Positions 13,058 through 24,837 of a stretch of 64,000 bases of DNA are shown piece after piece. This DNA is from Lytechinus pictus (lineage: Eukaryota). The stretch is from positions 16,060,001-16,124,000 of the forward strand of contig NC_087251.1 of NCBI RefSeq assembly GCF_037042905.1. The letters run 5' to 3'. Each line of letters begins with the position of its first letter. The first letter of the stretch is position 1. Made by a program: the position numbers and the translations under genes. The notes under the pieces are model-generated. The model had not been told where the DNA came from and searched no databases. It saw only the letters and a program-made list of their open reading frames with translations.

Positions 13058-13598
13058 ATGTCTGTGATATCACCTCAAACTAAGCCAGATTCTGGTTATT
13101 TCTTTTCTTCTCCCGGTTTTCCTACCAGTCGACACGCCTACATGAACAGCCAAGCTCTAGACTTCGGCTCTGTCGGTCAGCTCCAGAGCGCCAACAAGCA
13201 TGCAAAACTCTTCTCAGCGGACCTCCTCAACTCCGCCATCCTAGAAGACACGGATGCTGCGATGAATGCCGCCAAAACGAGCTTTTCAGTCAAAGATATC
13301 TTGGACCTACCACACGCCGCCGTCGCTGCCGCCGCTGCTGCGGGGGTGACTGGAGTGACTCACCCGATCACCGGACTGCCGCTGGATAAGGCATTCCTTA
13401 CAGACTCGCAGGTGGAAGCATTGAAACAGACGATGCATAACGGGACAGACCAGGGAACAGGTGGCGGTGGTGGAGGAGGACGAGTGGATACAGGAGTGGT
13501 CTCTGGACAGACGGGTGTGGATTCGATCTACGATCAGAGTGATAACCCGTATACCAGATGGCTTCAAAATCAAGGAGGCGATGCAGTCCATTATCCAT
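13058..13598 (+). CDS. NKX2-2: NK2.2-class homeobox transcription factor, coding exon 1 (phase-1 donor)
   Basis: ATG at 13058. Encodes the TN/eh1 motif KTSFSVKDILDLP and the Nkx2.2-typical YDQSDNPYTRWL. Canonical donor T|GTGAGT at 13599. The exon is 541 nt (180 codons + 1). The true start could be the downstream ATG at 13262. Confidence 0.93.
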
Positions 13599-16500
13599 GT
13601 GAGTTAACTTTGCTCTCTCATATTTTCATCTTTATGAAATATAGTATTTCATTAGAAAATTAGTGTTAGATTACAAATCCTTAACACAAGTCATTATAAC
13701 ACATTGTGAATAATTAAGCTATGCAGTCACTTAAGTGTTTGTGGTCTATTATCGCTGTTATTCAATTCAGTTTCTTATCATTTTTTGTACTTTTCTTTTA
13801 AATTCAAGTATATAGGGATTGAAGTCTCGTATTAATATCGCTTAAAGAAAAAAAATTGAATTCTTTGAAATCAACACAATTTTATCATAATAATGATATC
13901 GGTGACAACAAATTAAGTTAAAATGGAAATCCGTGCTCATGATATCTGTTCAATAATATGTTAAACAGATCAAAACGTTGTAGATATTTATAGATGATCG
14001 TAAAATGTTATTTTCACCTCTCCGGAAGATGATTTCTTTTCCACCACAGAATTGAATCATTCAGACGGCCTTGACCTATGTTCATACTTAAGAAATAACT
14101 CGATCATGAAATTATTGCAAAGTTTTATAGACATGCGTAAACACGAATGGGGTAACAACCTTTTCATGTTAATGGAATTGTCATTTTTGGCAAACGGTAT
14201 CTGTATATGGCGTTATGAATTATGTTATGAACTCAATTAAAAATCATGTTTATGGAATTCTTATTCTCATCAAATGTACATTAGGTATCTGTGTAGAAAC
14301 CTCAGAATTATAAACATGCCATGCATAAACTCTATTATAATTACTTTTATCATTGAAGTCACTTGACTTTATAGCTCTTTATGAGCTACAAATTCTCTGT
14401 CGTGAAATATTTAAACTGCGTTTTAAAGGAACAAATGTCACAACATTGTTTAGATCAAATGAAGATTTAACATTGATCAGTGATAATAATTATATTCGAA
14501 CATCAATTGAACGAAAGGACAAATTTGCCATGTTTCATGCGAAAATTCGACTTTGAATCATGTTCGCTTGAATTGATAATATGAAACAAACAAGAAAATC
14601 AAACATAAGTGGAATAAATTACATATATTATCGAATGTCGATAATTGCAGTATGACAAAAATCTATTTCATTGTCATTATTTAAATCTTCAATATGCATA
14701 TCTAATTTGATGTAGCATTATAAATTCATTACGTTACATGTGCAAGCATCTATTCCTCGATTTCGTCGTAAATTTATCTGGCTTTAAAGATAAAACGCCA
14801 TTTAACTGCATATGCGATAATGTGTTGACACGCACACGAATGTACATGATTAATTGCCCCAATGTAAATACATCGCAGGTGCAGTTTTTGCCTTATTCCC
14901 GACCGGAGTGAAAAAAGGACAGTATTGTTGCCAACAGTCATTGCCCGATCAATTATCATGTTCACACCTCAAGACAACAGCAAACCTATATTCAACAGGG
15001 GAGGGAAATATTATCCACCGGGACTCCGTGATATATCATTCTAATCCTTACCTCAAATAGGATTTAATCCTGGGAAGTGTCATTAAACCCCGTCTACCGA
15101 TTCCTGTTTTTCACACCTAAGTCTCAAACCTATCACGATTGATACCATTATCTTCTTGTATTCATACAATCAATTGTCAAACTACAATTGTTTTGTTCGA
15201 TTAAATATGCTGATTAAAATATATACAGAGCTATTTCACTATAGGTTTATCGTTCTGCTAAAAATTGTGTCTCACAGCTTATGATAAATTGAGTTCATCT
15301 ATACACTCCGTTTACAATATGACTAGTTTTGAGTATCAGAAAATTATCCCTTTTCTTAAAGTCCATTGCATCTCCTAATGACGTGTTGATATCGCATACA
15401 AACGAGCACCTAATGACCTAAACATACAATTAGCAGGTCGATTTGTAACAAGTCATTTGAGAATATACAGCCGACCTCATAATTTAAAGGACTCTGCACA
15501 ATTTACATGGAAATGATAATTTTCGATATTATTTTTGAATATATTTTAACCGTTGTCAATACATTTCTAAACAATAATATAACTTTAATATTGCACGTAA
15601 ATGCATTTGTGTATTATATTATATGAATGATAAGTAGGGTTAAACTCTAAATCTAAGGAAACAAAACTTCATTAACACATGAAAGATCAATTAAACTCAA
15701 TAACCCAATTAAAGTTCATAAAATTTCGTAATAGATTTATGGTAATCTTAATGATTTTGATGGTGACAATGATAATGATGGTATTTATGATAATGATGAT
15801 TTTAGTATTAGTATCATTATAACTAATATTATTTTTATTCTTATCTTTATAGTCATAATCATTTTCAAGATATATCTCTTTATAGTAAAGGTTATAACAA
15901 TGATGATGATAACAATAATGATATTGATGATGATGATACTTACAAAGAAATGATACAAGAGCAGTAAATACCACAAAATAATAACAATGCCAACAATCAT
16001 TAGTGTTGCAATTAATTGAAAATATCTATCACAACAAACCTTCACCCTTTATTTATAATAACTATTCCATATATCTACACAAAACTTTTACTTCAGTTAT
16101 ACTATTTAGAAATGCCTTTCCCGTAATATTGAATTGAAATAAGGAATTTGACATAGAATTTTATTGTGCGTATATATACTATTTCTATATCGTTTTCATA
16201 TAAAGATAATTGGAATAACTTTACTGAAACAGTTACGTATTATCTACACCTCAAGATTGCAAGTGAACCAATAAATTTGGTCTTAAATTCAGTTGAATAT
16301 TTGATAAAATATTAACCTCAATAACCACATTGCTGATTTTCTAAGAATAACATATATTATATACCACCACACAACGCAACCTTTAACACGCAACTAACTA
16401 ATCGTTTTATTTTGACTGATCATAGTCCAGAATAGGTCTACCTCTTATACTGTTATATACTAAAATATCAGCGGGAGAGGACTGACTGACCTATCTTAAG

Positions 16501-16915
16501 AGAGAACTTTTCTATTTTCTTGTTTACAAACTTGTATGACCCCAGTAAAGCATGCTATATTTCCCCTCTTTATTATCGTAATAATGTTTGTATTGGAGCA
16601 ATTAAAGCCAACAAAACGACAAGCCACTCATTGCACTTGTCCAATTCAATTTGGCTTATCATAAAGTAAAGTTTACCTTTATTTTATTACTAAGGGTAAT
16701 GCTTGGTGTTCTTACTAAGACTTGATTTCGTTATCAGGTAGACTATCGCAGATGATACGTAGAAAGTTGGTATTTGGTTCTTATAAAAAAGAAAGAGATG
16801 TTTCTACATTTTAAAATTAATATTATGTTTTTACGTCAGTTTGAGTACAGAGTGTCATCATATAAAATGGTAATCATTAACATTTTCTTGTTCTTGTTCT
16901 CGTTTTTTTTTTCAG
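13599..16915 (+). other. GT-AG intron of Nkx2.2 (3317 nt)
   Basis: GTGAGT donor, T-rich acceptor ending TTCAG, and the phase matches both exons. Confidence 0.92.
15735..15995. repeat. Degenerate (ATG/ATA)n trinucleotide tract in the Nkx2.2 intron
   Basis: Repeated GATAATGATG / TGATGATGAT units. Confidence 0.7.
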
Positions 16916-17691
16916 CGTTGGCTCAGAACACAGTATCCCACAACAGCACCTCATCCACCGCGACATCACCTACTTCCACGACGGCATCCGCTCAGGTTCA
17001 CGAAGATGACGACGACGACATCGACTCCATTGCTTCCGATAAGGACGGTGACTCGGCGAGTCGTGACACGTCATCGCCGTCATCGGGTGATCCTCCGAAG
17101 AAACGAAAGCGACGCGTGCTGTTCTCCAAAGCCCAGACATACGAACTAGAGAGGAGATTCCGACAGCAGAGGTACCTATCCGCACCAGAAAGGGAACACT
17201 TGGCGAGTATCATCCGACTCACGCCGACACAAGTCAAGATTTGGTTCCAGAACCACCGCTACAAGCTAAAGCGTGCCCGCCAAGAAAAGGGCCTAGACTT
17301 GAATCCGTTACCGTCTCCTCGACGCGTTGCCGTTCCCGTTCTGGTGAGAGATGGCAAACCTTGCAACGCTGGTATGGGTGGTATGAATGGTACCAACATG
17401 GGAACACATGGAGCTGCAGCAGCAGCAGCGGCAGCGGCAGCATCGGCCTGCATGTCAGCAGCAGCCAAGTCTCACCATCATCACCATCACCACCACCAAG
17501 ACTCGTTGTTGGCGCCCACGGCAGCCGTGACGGCACCACCACCTCTACAACACATGCAACATTATCCGTCACCTTGTAGCTATTCAACAGTGACAGCACC
17601 GTACAACAGTAACTATAGTTCCTTTAGCAACATGTCAATGGCAAACAACATGCAGTACACAGGTTCAATGGCACAACCTTGGGCGTGGTGA
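16916..17691 (+). CDS. NKX2-2: NK2.2-class homeobox transcription factor, coding exon 2 (homeodomain, NK2-SD, stop)
   Basis: Polypyrimidine tract and TTCAG acceptor end at 16915; T+CG restores the frame. Homeodomain [58 protein letters not shown] has the NK2 Tyr54 and the Nkx2.2/vnd-type [11 protein letters not shown]. Followed by NK2-[19 protein letters not shown] and C-terminal QPWAW-TGA. Joined CDS is 1317 nt, 438 aa. Confidence 0.97.
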
Positions 17692-17830
17692 GGTAGGCCT
17701 ACAAGAAAAAAAAAAGATGACATGAACTGTTCTAACTTTTCAACTCTGCTCGTTGGGCTAAACAGGACCTCAATTGAAATAATTATTAAAATCTGCTTTT
17801 GTTTTGTGGATTTGCCGTTTTGATCAAATC

Positions 17831-17836
17831 AATAAA
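17831..17836 (+). terminator. Candidate proximal poly(A) signal AATAAA of Nkx2.2
   Basis: First AATAAA after the stop codon, 140 nt downstream. Distal candidates also exist (e.g. ~18885, ~20188). Confidence 0.35.
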
Positions 17837-17853
17837 AAAAAACGAGGCCACGA

Positions 17854-18175
17854 CCTGCGCCCCGTAGCATAAAAGTTTGCGATGAATCGCAAATATGAAA
17901 GAACCACCCTGATCATGCTGATTGGTTCCTGGTCAGTGTTGTGAACAAAGTGCGCATGCAACAGTGATCTTGATTGGGCATTGGCATTTAGCGATTGATT
18001 GCAAACTTATGTTACAGAGTCACGGGCTCCTTAACACAAAGGTTTTCGATTAAGCGCTTATTTGAAAGAACAGTTCTGACTGGTTTTTAGTCAGTCTACT
18101 GAGCATGCAACGATGATCTTGATAGGCCATTTTATTTAGCGATTAATCGCTAACCTTTGTGCTACGGGGCCCAGG
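17854..18175. mobile_element. Two tandem copies of a ~160-bp palindromic MITE (possibly Harbinger-like) downstream of the Nkx2.2 stop
   Basis: Units span ~17854-18022 and ~18024-18175 and share TGAAAGAAC...GCATGCAAC..TGATCTTGAT..GGC..ATTTAGCGATT. The outermost arms are inverted repeats matching at 32/37 positions. Confidence 0.7.
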
Positions 18176-20295
18176 ACACAAGTTGCTGGATATGACATTT
18201 TAAAGCATGCGAGAGTGGGTGGATGTATGTGTGTTTTTGAAAGAGAGGGGGAGTGGCTATTCCAACACAAAACTAAAATACGTTGCGATATGAAATGTAA
18301 GACTGTCCCGTTAACGTCATCGCTTACTACTGAAATAAGTATTATGTAGGAAAATTCGACAGAGGAAAGTATAATGGAAATAGTTTTAACACTCAAGATG
18401 GACTGCATGACCGATTCATGCGTTGTGTTTATGATAAGCTATATACTAACGAGATAAGCTGTAAGTTATACCAAAGAGTGAATTAAAGAATAATTGCTAT
18501 CGACTTGAAATTTCATTATCTACCTGATGTACATACCTGCTTTTTACTTGGAAGAATCACTAAATGAAATTTTTAGAAATCTATTGTTCTTTAACCAATA
18601 TATCGTGCTTGATTAATTGCGGTAATTTGATTATTTGACTTCAAAGACATTCGGGCTTGTCGTAGATACTGATATTAAAAAAGGACCCGGTCTGACGTTT
18701 TCTAGAAATGAATAATGAGATTAAAGATCCAGTTTTCATGCATCCAAATTAAAAACTTTTGTTTGTTAAAAAAAGATAATGACTTGTTGATTCATGAAAT
18801 TATAGATGATAATTCAAATTTAGGATTCATACTTTTTTTATGAGAAAATCAAATATACTTTCCTAGCCTTTTTGAACTTATTCAAATAAAAGCATTTAAT
18901 TTTGTCTGACAGGACTTTAAAAAGCAATATTCATTGACAAATAAGGTCATTCCTGCTAATTTTTTTTCAATCATCGTTATCATTATTATTGTTGTTGTTA
19001 TTATTAGTAATATCATCATTTTTATAAAAATAATAATATATTTGGTTAATGATAATATATTATTATAATGATAATATATTATTAACCAAAGGAAAACAAA
19101 AGATACAACAATTTCTTGAATTTCTTGTTCTTCGAAAAGCTAATCCCAATTTATGCCAATTAATACATTAGACCCACTTTTCCTCTTGTTATAAATTGTC
19201 AATTTGTTCTTATTATACTTCTCCAAATGCAATTACATAAATGTCATGATCTAAAATGAAAGCTCGAAGCAAATTTACCCTAGGTTTTTACGTGGTTTGT
19301 GACGTCACATTCAGTAATGTTTGTACCAAGAAACGGATCATATTTACAGCAATGTGGAAGAAAAACATATGACTTCGATATCAGCACGATACCTCATTAC
19401 AACACCACAAATATATTAATGTATACATATTGGAATAATTGGACAATGTCTGAATTAATTTATTTGCCAGTAATGACGTAAGAGAATGAGAAGTGGACAA
19501 GACGGCAAATACGAGAAATGTAAAAATTCCGAGACGATTTCAAAAATGAAACGAAGACTTGTCTGTTTTTTTTTTATTGAACTTTCCTTTGAAGGCTCTA
19601 TGAACTTAAGTTTGTAGAAGTATACATGATACTAAATTACTAATATGCCGTGTTTGCCATATGGAAACTACGATTGTAACCTCTGATAAATGGCTGAAAA
19701 TTGACATCGTTTATTATATTATGCTGCTAAATTTACCCTTTGATATTGTGTACTCCAAACACAACATCCTTGACAAAGAAAATAACAGTCCATATTTTGA
19801 AAAGAAATATATATTCCGCTATCTTGACAGCTAGAGATTGAAAATAATGTCATTGTAGATGTATGTGTGAGGTCACAGATAACTTGTGTCTTTACATATA
19901 TTTGATTGCTCTAAGATATTGATTTTTGTATTCTTTAGTTCACTAAATTATTAGACGCAGTGTGAGATTAGATGTACCATTATTGTGTCATATTGTTGTA
20001 TCTGTATATTTAGGTGAAATGGGATATCAATTATTATGAGGTGTATCATATTAAAACATTTATTTATTTTGTACATTGATGAAGAAAATGGACTTGTTTG
20101 GAACAAGAACTACAGCAATTGATTTTTTTCTTGAATATTTGATCAGTATTGAAAGATATGCGACGGTATGATTCCAAAGATATTAGAAATAAAAGGAAAC
20201 TTGTATATACCGAAAAATATGACAAAATATTTCAGTCCTCTTTGTTTTCTTTCGTTTCAGTTATAGTATTGATGGTGTAGTTTGTAAAATTTATT

Positions 20296-21430
20296 TGATA
20301 ATAATGGTGGTGATGATGATGGTGATGACGATAATGGTGATGATGGTTGTTATGATGATGCTGCTGCTGCTGATGATGATGATGGTAAGGATGATGATGA
20401 TGGTAAGGATGATGATGATAATGTTGACGATGATAATGTTTATAATGCTTCTGATATTGTTGACGACGATCTTGATGGTAATAATAATAATAATAATATT
20501 CCGCATTTATATAGCGCTTAACACATCGGAACGACGTCTCTAAACGCTTTACAGATATATTATTACCCCGGTCATCGGATCCTTGCATGCCCGCATACAA
20601 TGTATGCGCCTTCTCCACTCCCTGGGGAGCATTCCAACAAGAGTTCCAAGACTCAATATTGCTAGGCATACTACATAGGCTTTCGCATCCTACCGGGTAC
20701 CCATTTAACACCTGGTTAGAGAGTGGCAAATTGTGGATTGACGCCTTGCCAAAGGACGCTAGGCCATGGTGGGATTCGAACACACGACCCTCTGATTACA
20801 AGGCGAGAGTCAGAACCGCTACACCACGGCGCTTACTTCCATGATGATGATGGGGATAACCGTAATGATAATGATAATTATTAAGATGGTGATGAGAATG
20901 TTGCTGATGATAATGTTTCTGCTGATGATGATGGTAAAGGTGATGGACAGGTGTTGGTGATGATTATGATTGTGATTACGTTGATGATGATAGCGATGGT
21001 TAGCATATTGATGGTGATGGTGATGATGATGATGATGATGATAATGATGTTTTGGTGGTAAAAATAAGACTGACCAGGGCATTGACGATGATGATGGCGA
21101 TGGTAATGGTGGTGATGAAGAGGGTAATGATGATGATGGGGATAACCGTAATGATAATGATAAAGCTGATGATGACGACGATCAAAGTGGAAATAAAAAA
21201 GCAATAATTGTGATTATGAAAATGACTATAATGACAACAGCTTGTAATGATATTAAAAATGAAAATGATAATAATGATAATAACAACAACAACAACAATA
21301 ATAAGTATAATAACCATACTAATACTTTATACTACTACTAGTATACTACTACTAATAATAATGACAAAGATTAATATAATACAATAATAATAATTATGTT
21401 GATGATAATTAAGATGATGATAATTCAGAA
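20296..21430. repeat. Long compound (GAT/GGT/AAT)n microsatellite, interrupted by a SINE
   Basis: Runs of ATGATGATG, ATAATA, ACAACA and ACTACT. These generate the poly-His/Ile/Met pseudo-ORFs in the track. Confidence 0.9.
20479..20833 (-). mobile_element. tRNA-derived SINE with CORE-like centre and L2-type 3' tail (copy 1)
   Basis: Minus strand: GCCGTGGTGTAGCGG (A box), GTTCGAATCCC (B box), CTTTGGCAAGG...CCAGGTGTTAAATGGG, then TGTAAAGCGTTTAGAG...AAGCGCTATATAAAT and a (TAT)n tail. Homologous to 58195-58545. Confidence 0.85.
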
Positions 21431-22238
21431 TGAAAACTCAAGAAAGTAAGCAGGGAAATGATAATAAATCAATCATTCCTTAAAATATTTCACTCAGTAA
21501 CTGCACTCAACCTATTTCAAGTTAGACATTCTTAAATGTGAATAAAAGCGTTTAGTCAATTACCCGCCCTCTAAAAAAATATAGCATACTCTCGGTACTA
21601 CGGGAGACCTCCTCTAACTGCTTGTCCTTCTCAAAGCGTGTACTAGGTCTAACAAGTGTCTTCAAGAATGTGTAGGACCATTGGAAATCGTGCCAACATA
21701 AAGATGACGAACAAGAGCCCCAAAATGGTGTTAGCGAATTAGCAATGTACACACTCACCTTGCCTCTTTCATTCTACGTGTTGAGTGTAATTACTAAGAC
21801 AACTTTGCCATCGCTTGAATTTGGTCTTCACATTAAGAGGTTTTTGTGTTATCCTTTTGACTCAAGCATATAAAAGCCTGTTTGATTTTGAAACGCCCGG
21901 CCGATGGGAAAGTGGTTCTCCTTTATCGCTAATCTCTAAAGTCTATTTGGGTGGGAACGTTTGTTGATAGGAGGTAGTCAACATCGAAGAGAATGGTTGG
22001 GGTTAGGTTAGATAGTTACCTGATGCGCTGTAATTCCTAAGCAACCGTTATACTGAACTCCAAGAACGGCCTTAGAAAATGTTAGAATTTGCATGAGTAA
22101 GGAAGACAAGAATAATCCCTTAAATTCATACGACCCAGTCAACTTTCATCCATCCTAAATGCAAAATTCAAGAGTCAGATATTGAGATGAAATTATCAAA
22201 CCATTTTTTTATGGCGGTCCCATGGCAGAGTACTTGAA

Positions 22239-23185
22239 CCCTATCTATTACCCTCAACGATTCGCGAAATATTTTCGCCGCGCGAAGTTTTTTGACTGCG
22301 CTGCTCGCAGATTTTTTACTTTCAGTCTTTGGGACCAACTTTATGACGCCCAGGTACGCGGTTCCCAAATTACGCAACATTTCGTAAGTGCATGTCAGAC
22401 CAAAAATTGCTCAAAAACGTGTTTTTGTGTACAAAGTCAATGCAAATTGTATTTTCAACCAAAATTTTTAGTTTTAGTTTTGGTGGTCTAAATGGATTTA
22501 TTTCAGGCTGTTTATGATCGCAGAGTTCCAGACAAAGTTCATCGAAAAAACAATGAAAAACAAAAGGTAAAAAAAACAAAGAAATACATAAGAAAAAAAA
22601 TATATAATACAATAGAAACACGGGTTGTGTGGTCCAGTGGTTAGAGCATTGGACTCATAATCGCAAGGTTGTGAGTTCGAATCCCAACTCTGCCATTGTC
22701 TCCACTTTGATAAAAAGGCCCGAGAGTGATATCTGTCGTCTATAACGTCAGCCACTATGACTGATTAACCTAGACGTAAAATGTTTCATAGGTAATCGGT
22801 TATATACCAGCTTGGCGTTTACCAGCAAAATGCTGTCCTGCCGAGTTCCTATACGGGAGTTATCACAAACAGAAATTGATCTCATATCGCATTTTTTCAC
22901 GTACATTTGCTAAGAACACAACAAAGAGTTTCTACACCGAAAATTATAATATTTGGAGCGTTTTTTAGGGAGTTAGAAGAAAAAATATGAATATGCATAC
23001 TAATTACGCTTAAATTAGCACAATCAATTAGTAGCAAATTGTATGACATAAATCAATATACAGTATTGTAGATTATATAGACAACCTGCGTGCCAATTTT
23101 CCGCACGATCGACGACCGAGATCTCAAAGCCCCCCCCCCCCCTCCCGGCCATATGAACTCCCAAAATACCCAGGCCTAGATAGGG
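22239..23185. mobile_element. piggyBac-like non-autonomous element carrying a nested SINE
   Basis: Termini CCCTATCTA ... TAGATAGGG, flanked by TGAA / TTAT (each one base from TTAA). Confidence 0.65.
22621..22875 (+). mobile_element. tRNA(Met, CAT)-headed SINE
   Basis: TGTGGTCCAGTGGTTAGAGC (A box), TTGGA-CTCATAA-TCGCAA anticodon arm, GAGTTCGAATCCC (B box), then ~180 nt of non-tRNA body. Possible TSD AATAGAAA/AACAGAAA. Confidence 0.75.
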
Positions 23186-23895
23186 TTATTAAAAAGGATA
23201 ACTTATTGGTGGATTTCTTTGCGATCTCGATGAAAAAAAAGCGCATTGTATAGTCAAGCCCCTGTTTTCTTATTCCTCCTCTTTTTCTGACTTTACGTTT
23301 TATTTTACTCTAACACATTGAGTCATTCCAATGACGTATAGAAATCTTTAAAACCTTGACTAAATGAATTATAGAAACGTAAAAAATACCAAATTTTTAC
23401 AACGAAAATTTTGAGTATCGCCAAAGTGTCTGCCTATCAACCCAAATCTTTAATCATTCACTGCAACAAGGGCTTGACACATATACAGTTCCAAAATGAA
23501 TGCGAACATTACTCTTTTATTTGTCTAAAAGAGCACTGGTCGTCTTCAACAAAACAAAAATTGCTCCGTTGAGTAATTTGTACTGATATTCCTTAATCTT
23601 TAACAAAAGCGATGCGATTCTGGGTTTTATGAATATATCTTTAGTTTCCTTTTCTTAGAATTCAAAGTCAGTTTGACCATTTCTCAATATTATTGTTAAA
23701 GTGTATGAACGTTGCAAGTGTGTTATAAAATCATCGAAGATTATCGTCAATGCCCAGCTCATACTATCTTAAATATACGATATACCCACGCTGACATGAA
23801 GCACACACCGCACACCCTCACTTGCGTTAGAAGAACCCAGCTATGGCGAGCAGTTCCCGCGCACTCATCTATTCCACTCACTTGTGAGTATTTAA

Positions 23896-24837
23896 GGACG
23901 TTCCCCAGTTATGTTGTGCGCATCCCCATCTGCGCATATTTTACGCCATGCGCGTTTACGTCACAATAAGTGAATAGGTGAGTAATCAGCTACAGGTATC
24001 AGCTGATTTTTCTCAAGTACCTGCACTCTAACAGCAAATCTTGATGAGTTATTTTACGAAGCTGTTAGCTGAAAATGATATATGGACCAACATTTTAAAC
24101 GCCTCTACCTCTTCAGAATATTTTACTCTGCAGTGCTGCAAAGTTTGACGAATATGACCTCGAGACTCGAGTTTGATTAAATGGTATAGTGGTGTAGAAT
24201 TTTCCCTTATGAAGATACAAGACTTTTTACGCGTTTTGTTTTTTGGCGTATTCAAAAACATATTTGCTCCAACAAAAGTGCTGATATTTGAAAACAAGCA
24301 CATGAATCCCCAATTTTTAATATTCACATCTCTTGAGTATACCTTTCTCTGCAACCATGCGAAATTTGGTGAAAACGACGGGTTTTAAATAAAGTGCAGC
24401 ATTTACTTCTTAAAGTTGTTATATACATTTCAATTTTCAGATATGTTTTTGTCGTCTTTCACACCTTATTTTTAAAATTGAAGGTGCTACTACTATTTAA
24501 AAAGCAAACGAATGGCAATATGAGTGAATTTCTTTATGTTAAGTATATACTTCTGAACTGTAATGTAAAATCTGGTGAAATTCAGATGGACTTTGACTGA
24601 GTAATAGAGGTTTACACTCAACGTTGCGATCTCGTGGGGTTTTAAAACGCAAAATTATTTCTATAGCGTATTTCTCGAGACCTTGCAAATGGGTGAACTT
24701 TAAAGCTCGATAGCATAAAATCAAGCACATGAACCTATGTTAATTATTAAATGTTTTGCACAATATTAGGTGCCTAAGTAACTCTGTGCAAAATTTAGTG
24801 AAAATGACATGGATTTCATTTGAACTGTGGAACGTCA
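23896..24837. mobile_element. Kolobok-like (TTAA) non-autonomous DNA element
   Basis: TTAA|GGACGTTCCCCAGTT ... AACTGTGGAACGTCA|TTAC: a 15-bp TIR with 2 mismatches and a TTAA-like TSD. Confidence 0.6.

Noticed and set aside
13599..13663. C-terminal part of the 201-aa ORF in the track
   Set aside because: Lies after the GTGAGT donor and is intronic.
16774..16915. N-terminal part of the 305-aa ORF in the track
   Set aside because: This is intronic read-through (the polypyrimidine tract gives FLFLFSFFF); the real exon starts at 16916.
16970..17599. Overlapping antisense and alternative-frame ORFs over the Nkx2.2 exons (also 13307-13598)
   Set aside because: Expected by-products of GC-rich coding sequence. 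An antisense lncRNA cannot be inferred from sequence alone.
19041..19090. AT-rich hairpin TTTGGTTAAT...ATTAACCAAA with an internal duplication
   Set aside because: Low-complexity AT sequence, likely a slippage product.
20232..21317. Poly-His/Ile/Met ORFs (up to 183 aa)
   Set aside because: Translations of trinucleotide microsatellite and SINE sequence.
22621..22695. Possible genuine tRNA genes (also 6290-6363, 20760-20833, 58470-58545)
   Set aside because: Imperfect stems, no T-run terminator after the acceptor stem, and continuation into SINE bodies and tails.
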